In this document: piece by piece, positions 11,861-24,500 of the stretch
Position numbering within the stretch: position 1 is the stretch's first letter
How the letters are laid out: each line of letters starts with the position of its first letter
Assembly: GCF_037042905.1 (NCBI RefSeq)
Contig: NC_087250.1
Span: 21,392,001-21,456,000 of the forward strand
Length of the DNA: 64,000 bases
Reading direction: 5' to 3'
Source of the DNA: Lytechinus pictus
Taxonomy: Eukaryota
The notes under the pieces: model-generated
The model's input: only the letters and a program-made list of their open reading frames with translations
Told to the model about the DNA's origin: nothing
The model's database searches: none
Program-made: the position numbers and the translations under genes

Positions 11861-14800
11861 GCATTAGGTCCGGAAACGGTATGGAAAGCTAATATGATCT
11901 TCATTGCAGGCTTCGAAAGGGAGGGGATAAGCCAAGGCATAGTGTGTTGGCTTTCAAGAGAACGACTACTGTAAGATAGAGATAAAGTGGTATCCAAGCA
12001 CTCATTTGAAAATTACTTTCTGGCGGGATTTTGGTGTTTGAAATAATTTCTTAGTTGACTCAATCAATTCTTGGCGGTCATTTTTTCATCGCTCCAAGAT
12101 CAGAGATATTCAACTTGTAAGCACCCATGACATCCTGGTGAGCTCTTGTAAATGTTCTTCTCTTGTTAAATGTTGGTTTTGTGGAATTCTTTCCAAGGGC
12201 ATTTGTAGGTGTTATACAGGGTCTTAAAGGAGATTCATAGGGCAAATACATAGCCACAAATTTCCAGAATGTCAACGGTTTCTAGACTTTTAATTCTCGA
12301 TGATACAAATTCGATCAATTCTACCTCCATTGTCAATCACGCAGAAAAGTAAACATGAGGTCTATTATCATTAATTGATAAATGGGTAACTAAATTATAT
12401 AGTAATAACAGACATTAACAAAGTACCCTTTGCTATGAAAGACACCAAATAATTTACATCGATGGTCGATCTTTTACACGTGTTTATGTTAATCCATGAA
12501 ATTGAGAAAAACTGGTGTTAAGGTGAGTTTTTATAGTTGCAGCAAGCATTACTATACCAATAATATGGAACCAATAGACATCGTCTTTGGAAAAATGAAC
12601 CATATCATGAGGTAGTTTAATTTGTGCAAGATTTTACGTTTTTAAGCATATATCAATAATCTTACCGTAAAACCTTTAAACAATGGTTGCTACAGAAAAC
12701 GTGTTACATCATCTGGTATTTCGCATGGGCATGTTTACATGGTATGATTGTTCCTGGGTTGTTGTGATTAATGTATTAATGCTTTAATAGAAAAGATATG
12801 GTTCATATAAATTAAAATCATGAAATAAATACCCTATAAGAATTGGTTACTGTGGAAAAAATGTTGCCTAGCAACCGTTGCTATGGTGCTTATTAGGTCT
12901 ACCTAAGGAAAAATTCATCACATGAGGAATCTATGGGCCAGATTTAATTTCTGAGCTATTCTGAGTAAATCATGTTGATCATATTCATCTGAACAATGAT
13001 GAACAATTTGTTGCTATGGAAAATGGTCCCTTAGCAGCCGTTGCTGTGAATAAATGGATCAAAACTATTGTGATACAAAGGAACATGTTCTAGATTAAAA
13101 TTCATGCAACACATCGCTCATGAAAATGTTACTTAAGCCCAATAAAGCTCAGTTACTAAGGTAAATATCTTACCTAGCAACCGTTGCTATGTTTGGCAAA
13201 TTCACGTTGGCACCCCCTGCTAAAAGTTATTAGAATAACTTACTCTACCTCTGTGCCAATTTTCATGCTTTTACCATTTTCTGAACATTTTTTTCACCAA
13301 TCACCTAGACTACTAGGGTAGTTACAAAATCACATAATGTAGTTGAAATTGACTAGTCATTCGACAATTTATTTTTTAAAACGACGCTGCTCCTCTTCAT
13401 GTAGCAAAATCTCAGAAGAAAATACTCTACAGGCTACGAAATATAAGATCTCCCTGTTCGATTCTCGAATTAAAGTAAGGCGCGGAGAAAAATGAAGATT
13501 TTTGTTGATAAACTAAATGGTGCACACTCGATTTGCTCCTCATTCTATCACGTGACCTCATTCGCAGCGATCACTCAACCAATCAAAATTGATTGCAACG
13601 TTTTCGTAACCAAATATGGTCGATTCATTTCGCAGATTATTTTATGACACCATGGTAAATAAACGCCCCCTATTATTAAAATCAGGGAATATACATGTAT
13701 CATCCCGTGATGTTAACTAAACATCTAGAATGATAAATGTAATATAAATTGTACCCGTTATCGCAGGGATAGATTTGCACCCGAACTTCCTACGATAATG
13801 CACACCTTGTTAAAGTAAACAAAAAGTAAAATAAAAGTAGACATATAATTTCAAAGTATTTAAGGCACCCCCTCCCCATCCTTCATGAAAGGCGCTATAG
13901 TATCCAACTAAATTGTTTTTTAACATGAAACAAGGGATAAGAGAAATCACGGCGACACCACGAACTGTCAATGAAAGAGATTTAAAAATATCACTCTTTC
14001 CCTCCCATCTTGGGGATTTTTCTTTATTTTCGATTTTTTTTTTTGCCCTTACTTTTTTCTTAAAAGAAAGGGCATTTTATTCTATTTAGCCCCTCTCCTA
14101 AGAAATCTTTGATCAGCCACTGCGGCACACCCAAACCAACTCCTATCCCCCTCCCCAAACCGAAAGTGGGAAACCCTTACATACCCTCAAAATATGTTGT
14201 ATTGGTTACAAGAACAATTACAGCTTTCGTTTTATTCTAATATCTCTGACTTCGACAATATAAATTTAGCAGAATAAGCTTTCAATAGCAAACATCAAGT
14301 CACAAATCGCGTGCTTTACAGAGTTGGGTAAATATACTGATTCTTGTATAAATAGCAATACGGTTATAAACTGTTTAAAGTTCGTGAAAATTGTCCCAAT
14401 TAAGATTTTATGATGACAGATAAGGAACAAGCGGTTAAAAAGAAAATGCCATCTCAGCAGATCAATATCTATCATTTTTTATTGCCTTGTAATATTTTTT
14501 GGGGGAATTATTTTCTTTTGTCGAAAGGAAAACTTGCAAAATGTATGCTAAAGCCTGTTATTTCCTTAACTATTTGTGAATAAATAAAGGATCCCTCGAC
14601 TTGCCCCTTGAGAATCTGCATCAATAAATATATGTGGGAATGTCGTGGCCTAGTGGTTAAGACTCTCGTCTTTGGATCGATTTCCAGCCATCGTGTACTT
14701 TCCTTCAACAAGAATTTTGTTTCCACATTGTATTGTACTCAACCCGGGTGGGTGTTTCATGAAGTTGTTTGCAAGTAAAGAGCGACTTTAAGTAAAACCG

Positions 14801-14981
14801 GTGAAGCTTTCTTCCGTGCAAAATAATAATCAATGAACATATCTCATGGTGAATATCACTTACCACAATGAAGAACCACAAACCGTCCTTAAAGTAACTA
14901 TTAACTTCCGGACAGTTTAGTGAAACGGCCCCCTGGTTAGGTAAATGGGTACCGACAGGAAGTACTTCCCCCAAAAAGCTG

Positions 14982-16139
14982 CACTGTAAAAAATGAAGTG
15001 CCAACTTAGCACTTGAAGTGCTTTATACAGTGCGTATCAAAAAAAAGTTTACACTTTGAAAAAGCCCTGGGAATTAAAAAGTATATAACATGAGGGTAAT
15101 TTTTTCACACATAATCTTGGGTTTGGGTCTCATCTATCCAATGAAAGTAAAAGTTTTGATAGAATATTACACTTGAGTGAGCACTGTCCATTTTTGTAAA
15201 GCTCGCAGAAATCTGTTTGCGCAGAAATGCTTGTTTTCACGCTGTGTCAAGGAGAAAGGGCGAAATCAAACTTACCCTGCGAAACATTTCTCACACATTT
15301 CCCTTGCACTTTTAGTCAATTGAAATAAAACGGATAAATTCAAGCATTTTGTAACAATTTCGCCACCCAAATTGAAATTTCAAAACTCAGAGAGCACAAC
15401 CTTTACCCTTTTTGTGCCAGCTGGATCTGAGGACATAACTAAATCTGAACAAAGGTTTATATCAGACATCTCCAGCATTTTTTCACTAAGTTTTTATCAT
15501 TTAAAGTGTGTTTACATTACATTTTTCATTTAATATTTGTTTCTCCACACTTTTCCCAAGCTTGACAATGATTAAACAAAATGAAAATCAAGCCTAAGCC
15601 ATTTCATGTAAATCACAGTTCAGTGTAAAGCAAATATCGTCACGATGGCCCTCGGTGTGTGGGGGAGTAGGGTGGGGCACAATGCACTCTTCGAAGTGTT
15701 TTGGGCAAGGAAACAAGTTAAAAAGGTAAAAGATATCTTCAAATCAGTTTTACTAGCTAAATTCCATGTGTTCTTCATGATTAAGGTCTACTTTTATTCG
15801 CATAAATATTTCACAGTTCTGCGCAAATCATGTTTCACTAACTTTTCAAAAGTAAGTGGTGCTCACTCGAGCGGAAATATTTTTCGACAGTTATATCGCC
15901 ATTTGCTTAAATGGATCTGTACCAATGTGAAAATGTGGAAAAATCTTCAGAATATTACAAATGTATAATTTTACAGGACTTTTTCTAAGTGTAAACTTTT
16001 TTTTTGATACGCACTGTATAGTGACTGCACTTCGAGTGTTGATTTTCTAGTTTAAATTTGAACTAGAAAATCAGAACTGGTAGTGCAATCATTATACAAA
16101 CACTGGAAGTGATACATTTGCTCTTTATTTTCTACAGCG
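14982..16139. mobile_element. CACTG-ended MITE with TG TSD (CACTA/EnSpm-like), containing a nested element
   Basis: TG|CACTGTAAAAAA...TTTCTACAGCG|TG. The empty site CCTGTGAGC is at ~7236. Confidence 0.7.
15027..16016. mobile_element. 990-bp Tc1/mariner-type non-autonomous element
   Basis: TA|CAGTGCGTATCAAAAAAAAGTTTACACTT...AAGTGTAAACTTTTTTTTGATACGCACTG|TA with essentially perfect TIRs. Confidence 0.9.
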
Positions 16140-17499
16140 TGTGAGCACCGGAATCGATAGACTCGGTTAGCATGGTTAATGTGAACACATGCGCTACATA
16201 AATCCTATATTTTATACATTTGGTGGGAAAATTAAGAGGAGGTGCTTGTCTGGAAAAAAAATGACATTTTGGTTTTAAAAAAAGAAATACAAGAAAAAAA
16301 TTAAATGATTTTATTCATAAAGAAAGTAGCAAGCAAAACATATAACAGTGAATTTGAAAAATAAACAAATGAAAAAAAGGCCATGATTGTATAATGGTAA
16401 AGAAAGTTCCCCATCAGAAGAATGTGTAATCGACAGGAATTGAGCAGGATCATGTATCATGAAGTCTTTTTATGATAACAAAAAAAGAAACAATTCAAAA
16501 TATGTATACTATCAAACAATCAAATGGAATGATTTAAATAGCTTTACACCATCATAACTTTGAAAGTGTATGGATCTGATTAACAAAACTGGACATAAGA
16601 GTAATCAAGTGTCACTGACAAGTCTTTGGTGACATGATCAAGGTCAAAATGTCGTTTAATGAGGATATGATAAAAAAAAAACAATCTCAGCAAGGGTCCA
16701 TTTTCATTGTGCAATCCTTCAATGTGTTTCTGTTTTGCAATGTTAAAGGTCAAGTCCACCCCAGAAAAATGTTGATTTGAATAAATAGGGAAAATTCAAG
16801 CTAGCATAATGCTGGAAATTTCATCAAGATATACATGTAGATGCCTTCTCTGCATCCGCAAAATGCATACTAAGGAAGCATGAAGAAGAAGATCCCAGTG
16901 AGTGTCAGAGCCAGGCACAGCATAATTGCTTCACGCCACTGCTCACAGGAATTGAGGGAAGCTACCAGATGTTCCAGCATTGTAGCAAACTGTGCTCATG
17001 TAATGATGTGACCATGGATCAGTCTTGGGGAGCCTATCTTCTACAGGAGGCTAAAAAGTGCACTCGTGCTGACCAAGGCAAAGGCTTTTGTCAGGACGAA
17101 AAGTCCAATGATTATTATAAAGGAAGGTAATAAGTTAACCAATTTTCTGAAAAATACGGATTTATCACTTTTTAATAAAAAATAATACCTTTAAGTCTTT
17201 TCAATATAAAAATATGGCTGGACATAAAAAAAAATGATGAGAACTCCCGAAATGGGTCATAGCCCAAACCTTGAATGGTTTCATTCTAAGGTGAGCGGTT
17301 AATGCCGAAATATATCAACCATCTGACCATCTGAGACCTGACTTGACCACTAAAAGTGGAGAAATTAAAAGAAATGAATCATTCTTACTGAAATACCCTT
17401 CCATGAGCTCCTACATATAATAGTAACCCTCTTTAGGACAGCGTGTACTTTTTGGGGAGAGTATCTTCAAGGTTCAAAGTTCAATAGTCTCGGGAAGTA

Positions 17500-18135
17500 G
17501 TTTTTTTTTATATGGCGTTTAGCGGCCATCTTTTTTTTATCTGAATGATCCTATATTGCAAAATTATTACCAGAAATGGAATCAACATATCAAATAACTC
17601 ACGAAAAGAGGTATTATTCATGATTCTTGGACAAAGGGTTCAAAAGTTTTTTTTTCAAAATGGCGTCATCTTGCGGCCATCTTGGATTTGACCTGAAGAT
17701 GACAATATATTGCAAAATAGATAGCGGAAAGAGATTCTACACACCCCAAAACCCCCTAAACAGAGGTATTACTCGTCATTCTGGGGCAAGGAGATCAAAA
17801 GTCAATTTTTCAAGAGGGCATCTGGCGGCCATCTTGGATTTGACCTGAAGATGACCTTATATTGCAAACATTATAAAAGAAATCGATTCTACATCCCCCT
17901 AAACCTCTAAAAGGAGTCTTTACTCATCATTTGGGGGCAAGTGGTTCAAAAGTTAAGTCTTTAAGATGGCATCTGGCGGCCATTTTGGATTTATACAAAT
18001 TAGCAAAATTACCCAAACGGCAACTTTGGGCAACCAAGCTGAATTTGGTCTAGGACCCCATAGGAACACGTTTCAAGAAAAAATCTTCATCGGAAAGAAC
18101 ATTTCTAGGTTGGTGTATTGAGCCTATGGGACTGT
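17500..18135. repeat. ~150-bp tandem repeat with GCGGCCATCTTGGATTT motif, probably transposon subterminal repeats
   Basis: Motif near 17522, 17671, 17824 and 17975. Confidence 0.65.
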
Positions 18136-18892
18136 CAAATCGACTAATACTTATATGAAAACCAAATGAGACAGTTAAGTAAATAATATTTCGATATTTG
18201 ATTATCTTTGCACTTTCTTCACAATCCATCTTGACGAAAGTCTGAATATTCTAATGAAATTGATTGAAGTCATAATTATTATAGTATATTTAAACATAAA
18301 GGGGGTATAAGTTTTATGATTGCTGACGGCATCGCCGTACGCGGTTAATTGGTAGATTTTTCCCAATAAAGTCCACTCAGACCAGCGTTTATTAAGTCTG
18401 AAGTTGTCAAACCGGTCGTTAAGCACGAGTCACATCGCTCTTACCATAGTAGCAACTACAATTTTGCACACGAAGTGCACGTCTAACGTTCCCGTCGTGG
18501 TGGCGAAAACCCGGGGCCCCCAGCTTTGAACGCCGGTGCCTTAACCACTAGACCACAGAGACGGGTTAGTGGATAGGGCGACCCCGATTCGATTGACTGT
18601 CAGAAAGACAGATTTTCGACACCATACCAATTGTAATTTCCTTTGTCGGGTGAAGGTGGGTTTTGAACAATGACAAGCCGCCATGCCTCAGCTGGATCAA
18701 AGCTATTGCTTTGATACAGTACACGTATGGGAGGAAAAGAGTTGCCAAAGATGTAATACATGTATAACTTCACACATTTGTATACTTTCTCCCATACGTG
18801 TACTGTATCAAAGCAATAGCTTTGATCCAGCTGAGGCATGGCGGCTTGTCATTGTTAAAACCCACCTTCACCCGACAAAGGAAATTACAATT

Positions 18893-20840
18893 CTCGCTAC
18901 CCCAAATAGCGATTTCGCCGAGATCCGGGAAAATCCCTGTAACGTGCATTGCATTATGGGATAGCTTTTTCGGTATTACAACTTCCTGTTCGGAAGTCCA
19001 ACGCACTGTTTTGCCATTTAGATCAACAGTGCCGTCATACACAACAACACAACGTAGCTTTCGCTCGGAAAGTTCGTGATCACAACCCTCTCTTTCACTA
19101 ACAGTTTTACAGCCTTTTCTGCTAAAGTCACTAATTCTGCCTGACGCTTTCCATCGCACGGTATTCATCTGTCAGTTAAGATTTTTTTAAGTTCCGAAAC
19201 TGATTTTTATCCATTTTGTGGTCGACGAAAAATTGAACGAAATGAATGCTGAATATATTTAGTGTCTAATTGAATACGATCATGATGTCAGGCCGGTCGC
19301 TAAATGCAAAATTTTAAGATATTCATTATTTGTTTGATTTTTTTATAACCAAATAAAAACATGAATAAAAATTATTCTCACGTGAAATATATTTTTTATT
19401 TTTATTTATAATTCAAATGGAATCAAAACTGACCAAATGTAATAAAAAGTATTATACTCTGTACATATTACGCTGATTGGCATCGATTTCAGCGTGGTGG
19501 AAAACTCAGTCCGGACCTTTCGTTTGAGGACGCGCACGCTTATTTACGACGTTAATTGATTTTGGAAGAGACTTTTTGGGCCCGTCATCATGGTCGTCCT
19601 GCAATGCAAATTGTGTGACATGAGATTTTTTTTTCGTTTCGCATCTGCGACGGAAACATTCAATATGCGTTTCGTGTGCAAAATTTTGGTTGCTACTATG
19701 GTAACAGCGATATATCTCATTGAGGACGACTTTCCAAAGCCACATTTGACTCCTCCTAGAGCTCGAGAGGCCGCCCGGGGGGCCCACTTCCATTGATTAG
19801 TGGATCCCAGGAGCGACCACGCGTAAAAGGGGACAGAGTGGGCAGGTACGTTACGTATAGGCCTATGTAACGTTATAAGGGTGTCAAAACGATGTTTAAA
19901 ATGCTGACAAAAAAGGGATATCCAATACTTGTAGGGTTTCACAAGCCAAATTCTTGTTAAGAGATGCATTTTCATAATCTGGAAAAGAATTACTTCCCAG
20001 CTTGTTTAGGGTATTTTTCGAAACCCCATGGTCGTGCCTGGTATCCACTCATTAATGGAAGTGGTCCCCCCGGAATTTGAATCTAATCCCCATTTCTGGG
20101 GGAAGTAAAACATAATGCCCATTACATCGTGTGCGAGAGGCATATCGTTTGTGTAGAAGGAATAAACAAAAGAAACAAAAGAAACAAAAAGAAACGAGTT
20201 CAAATGTATTACATAATGGTGTGCACATATCAACTCACGCGAAATGTTCGGCTGGAGAGGTTGATCTGACCCATGAAATCAATTGCCAGTGATACACCAA
20301 TAATCCACATTAAATGTAATATCGATTCGATGGACTGTAATGATCTATATCTAAGCCTTCATTCAGTAAGTTTTTCCTCACTCAATATGTACTCGATTTG
20401 TTTGAAAAACCACTTTCTTATCCATGTCATAATCTATTTTAGGTCTTAATTTCGAATATCTCAAACCATCAGTCGTAATATACATGCTATGTATGGTGCG
20501 AGTGTCGCAGAAAAGGATTTTGCACACGAAAAGCAGATCTGTAGGGCCTGTAACCCCCATGTAACACAAAGTTTAGCATTGATTGTAGAGCAGTTTTCTA
20601 CGTTTGATTCTATTGACTATAATGCACATTCAATCTTAAAAATCAAGTGTATGATTAAGCGTTAACTTTTGTGTTAGGCGACCCTAATATTAGCGTCCGT
20701 GAGGATTGCGAAAGGTCCCAAGTATCGCGAACCTCGCGCGAGCATGACTCTAAACCGGAAGTGGTGATGACGACCCGACGGAGTGAAAATTATCTCGTCT
20801 CGCGCATTATGAGATTTTTGTTCCTATTTGGGGTAGCGAG
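18893..20840. mobile_element. Non-autonomous DNA transposon, 17-bp TIR, AATT TSD (Sola1-like by TSD)
   Basis: AATT|CTCGCTACCCCAAATAG...CTATTTGGGGTAGCGAG|AATT. The empty site ACAATTGGT is visible in the sister unit at ~21248. Confidence 0.85.
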
Positions 20841-20910
20841 AATTGGTATGGTGTCGAAAATCTGTCTATCTGACGGTCAATCGGATCGGGGTCGCCCTAG
20901 CCACTAACCC

Positions 20911-20983
20911 GTCTCTGTGGTCTAGTGGTTAAGGCACCGGCGTTCAAAGCTGGGGGCTCGGGGCTCGATTCCCGGCAGTAACA
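20911..20983 (+). pseudogene. Degenerate tRNA-like (TCA) copy
   Basis: Lies 409 bp upstream of the intact copy. B box altered (GGCTCGATT) and 3' acceptor strand mismatched (CAGTAAC). Confidence 0.65.
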
Positions 20984-21319
20984 TTTTTCGGCATCATCAA
21001 TTTTTCCAAAAGGGTAGATAGCTCTGGGGAACCTTGATTTAAGCTACGCCTACCATTGTTCTCTTCATCCATTTCTTTCACACAATATTTAAATAAAAGA
21101 GCTGCCAAAGCTGTAGTACATGTATAACTTCACACATTTGTATACTTTCTCCCATACGTGTACTGTATCAAAGCAATAGCTTTGATCCAGCTGAGGCATG
21201 GAGGCTTGTCATTGTTCAAAACCCACCTTCACCCGACAAAGGAAATTACAATTGGTATGGTGTCGAAAATCTGTCTATCTGACGGTCAATCGGATCGGGG
21301 TCGCCCTAGCCACTAACCC

Positions 21320-21391
21320 GTCTCTGTGGTCTAGTGGTTAAGGCACCGGCGTTCAAAGCTGGGGGCCCGGGTTCGATTCCCGGCAGAGACA
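21320..21391 (+). tRNA. 72-nt tRNA-like gene with centred anticodon TCA (opal-suppressor-like), inside a repeat unit
   Basis: Acceptor stem GTCTCTG/CAGAGAC, D stem GTCT/AGGC with loop AGTGGTTA, anticodon stem CCGGC/GCTGG with loop GTTCAAA, 4-nt variable loop, T arm CCGGG-TTCGATT-CCCGG, discriminator A, then TTTTTT. Function unproven. Confidence 0.7.
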
Positions 21392-21544
21392 TTTTTTCGG
21401 CATCACCAATTTTTCCAAAAGGGTAGATAGCTCTGGGGAACCTTAATTTAAGCTACGCCTACCATTGTTCTCTTCATCCATTTCTTTCACACAATATTTA
21501 AATAAAAGAGTTGCCAAAGCTGTAGTACATGTATAACTTCACAC

Positions 21545-21580
<36 letters not shown>

Positions 21581-21583
<3 letters not shown>

Positions 21584-24500
21584 GCAATGGAGATACACGC
21601 CTAAAAGTTGACCCCGAGTCAACCGACTTGAAGTCAATTTACTCAGAGTCATGTTCAGGAGTTAGAATTTTTTTGAGCTCGGAGAGTGTATACTACGGGC
21701 GGCAATGGAGTGCTTTCACGATGGGAAACACAATTGGGGGTGTGATCGCTTATTAGAACAGCCACTACGTACATTCATAGACCTGCTGTGTGTTCTGCGG
21801 AGCGAGAGCTGATTTTGTGAAATAGTGTAGTCTTATTCCAGGAACGAATAAATAACTATTAAAAAAAAGAGTAAAATTTAGATATTTTTTTTGTAGTTGA
21901 ATAATATGGTTCCAAGATTAATCACCAAAATATTTGTTCATTCAATTCAATTTGGATTACATCCAATTAAGTGTACTGAGGCCTAGATTAGTAGGTTTTC
22001 CAGGGCTGCAGTTGGGGGGGGGGGCAGTTGATACTTGAATTAACAATAAAAATGAAAACAAAGGTAGATCGACTTGATTTCGATGTATACATAACATATC
22101 ATAGATCCTGTCCATGTCTCATTTTTTTTTGGGGGGGGGTGCAGTTGATATATTAATATAGCATAATACTCAGTATTATGATTATATTTCTTGATATAAT
22201 GGACTAAAAGTGATGGAATGTTTTTGTACGGTGACTGGAGGTCACTGTCTGTAGTATTCACTTAACTTGATGTTGTTATGCCTCACTTCATGGATTTTCA
22301 TGTTGAGATAACATTACCTCATCCCATACCCTGTCTATGACTTTTTTCCAGCGGGGGGGGGGGGGGATTGATATGATGATTTTGCATAAAACTGTTAATA
22401 AAACAACCTCAGTCGTGTGATTATATTCCTTCACGTAACTGACTAAAAGTGATGACATGTTTTTTTATTAGATGACGTGAGGGTTTTGTGGGTAGTATTA
22501 ACTTTACTTGAAGTTTTGGGTCACTTTATGGTTTTCATGTGTGTACATTGTCTAGAGACATTTAATTTATCCCGGCATGTCCGACATCCACGTATCATAC
22601 CAACTCATACTATTTTTTCCCATTTATTCATTTATTTGAATATTTATTTTTTATTTGGGGGGGGGGTTGATATTTAAAGACGCACATTCCTCGCCAGTAG
22701 TTCTGCTGCATGGAGACTTAAAGCAGCAATGCCCACGCGATTTCGTACGAATGGGACTGTCTGTTGTTATGACTCTCTTTGTGGATTTTCAGGACTAGAT
22801 AACATTACCTTATATCCCTTAATATAATCAACTCAAAGAGAATATATGTTTTAGTTTGCTGACTTGAGGTCAATAATGGTGGTATTCATCTTACCTGAAG
22901 TTGTTATGACTCTATTTGTGGATTTTCAGGAATAGATAACATTACCTTATATCCCTTAATATAATCGACTCAAAGTGATAATATAATTTACTTAGCTGAC
23001 TTGAGGTCAATAATGGTGGTATCCATCTTACCTGAAGTTGTTATGACTCTCTTTGTGGATTTTCAGGAATAGATAACATTACGTTCTTCCCATATCCTGT
23101 CCATATCTTAATATAATATTTTATTCATTTTTTTTTTGGGGGGGTGGAGCAGTTGGTATCTTACTTTAGCGTGAAACTGACCTAAAATATATAAAGTATC
23201 TAAAGTAAGATATCCCTCATTAAAATCGACTCAAAGTGATGATATGCTTTAGTTTGCTGACTTGAGGGCAATAATGGTGGTATTCATCTTACCTGAAGTT
23301 GTTATGACTCTATTTGTGGATTTTCAGGAATAGATAACATTACCTTATATCCCTTAATATAATCGACTCAAAGTGATGATATATTTTACTTAGCTGACTT
23401 GAGGTCAATAATGGTGGTATTCATCTTACCTGAAGTTGTTATGACTCTCTTTGTGGATTTTCAGGAATAGATGACATTACGCTATTCCCATATCCTGTCC
23501 ATATCTTAATATAATAGTTTTTTTTTTTTTTTTGGGGGGGGGGGGGAGTGGAGCAGTTGGTATCTTACTTTAGCGTGAAACTGACCTAAAATATATGAAG
23601 TATATAAAGTAATATATCCCTCATTAAAATCGACTCAAAGTGATGATATGTTTTAGTTTGCTGACTTCAGGTCAATAATGGTGGTATTCATCTTACCTCA
23701 AGTTGTTATGACTCTCTTTGTGGATTTTTTAGCGTTGCGGGGTGATATGTATCGAATCTGACATAGTTACCATATAGATCTAGATCTAGTATTTTAATTA
23801 TGTTGAAAAAAGTACAATTCAATGTCAATAGATCTACCAAGAATTGCCTCATCCGGCCTAGATCTACATTTTCAACTTGACAAATCAAATCAAATCAAAT
23901 TAATCGACATTTTCATACATGCGCGCGCACACACACACACACACATACATACACACACAAACCTTTTGAAGAAAATATGGGGGATGGGCGGGGGGGGATG
24001 GGGGAACAGCAGCGCGCCCCACAAAGACACAAACCATACCAGAAGTAGGCCTACGCCACTGTCAGTACACTTTATTGGATGTCAACATTGACGAATCTTG
24101 GAAAATAAGCGTCGAACCATAATATCACACCACAGTTTGAACAACAAAAACAAAACCAAACAATTTTAGAGCATTGTTATAATTATTATTTTACTTATTT
24201 ATTTATTCCTGGTATAAGACTTCACAATTACTCAAAATCGGCTCTCGCTCCGCAGAGTACGCAGTAGGTCTATGCACGTACGTATAGTGGCTGTTCTAAT
24301 AAGCGACCACAACCCCACATTAATCGCTCTGCGTGGAACATTACAATGACAAATCTAGACTCATTATTTTGTTATTAAGGCATTATAATTAATACAGGAA
24401 ACGCAAATAGAGATGTATAACCAAGCAATAACTCAAACCAGTTGAACAGTTATCAAGAAAACAGACAACATGTTAGAAAAATCAACTGAAAGAAACTGCA

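Larger units (their letters stand above)
9429..13312. mobile_element. 3.9 kb TIR element with TAG..CTA ends and 3-bp TSD (Academ-like by termini)
   Basis: CTA|TAGTCTAGATGAT...ATCACCTAGACTA|CTA. The empty site CACACTAGGGTAG is at 3661. Imperfect TIRs exceed 100 bp, with subterminal TAGCAAC(A/C)GTTGCTA motifs. Confidence 0.82.
8650..16550 (+). repeat. Large tandem block, copy 3 (with private insertions, truncated at ~16549)
   Basis: AATGACTTTAACAATAAGCTT at ~8672 matches window position ~9. Homology ends after AATGATTTAAATAGCTTTACA. Confidence 0.9.
18508..21549. mobile_element. tRNA-carrying 409-bp element array: one inverted partial copy (18508-18733) plus two tandem forward units ending in (TA)n
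   Basis: The shared sequence CTCCCATACGTGTACTGTATCAAAGC...CCACTAACCC-tRNA-...CTACCATTGTTCTCTTCATCC repeats with period 409. The first forward unit is split by the 18893-20840 insertion. Confidence 0.8.

Noticed and set aside
18640..18720. SECIS element in the tRNA-carrying unit (ATGA...TGAT)
   Set aside because: Helix II pairing is poor and no apical AA is correctly placed.
18566..20907. Cluster of overlapping 60-140 aa ORFs
   Set aside because: They lie across repeat units and a non-autonomous transposon, and no transposase or RT motifs are recognisable.
21320..21391. Selenocysteine tRNA gene
   Set aside because: Only 72 nt with a 4-nt variable loop and 7/5 stems. tRNA-Sec has a long variable arm and different stem geometry.
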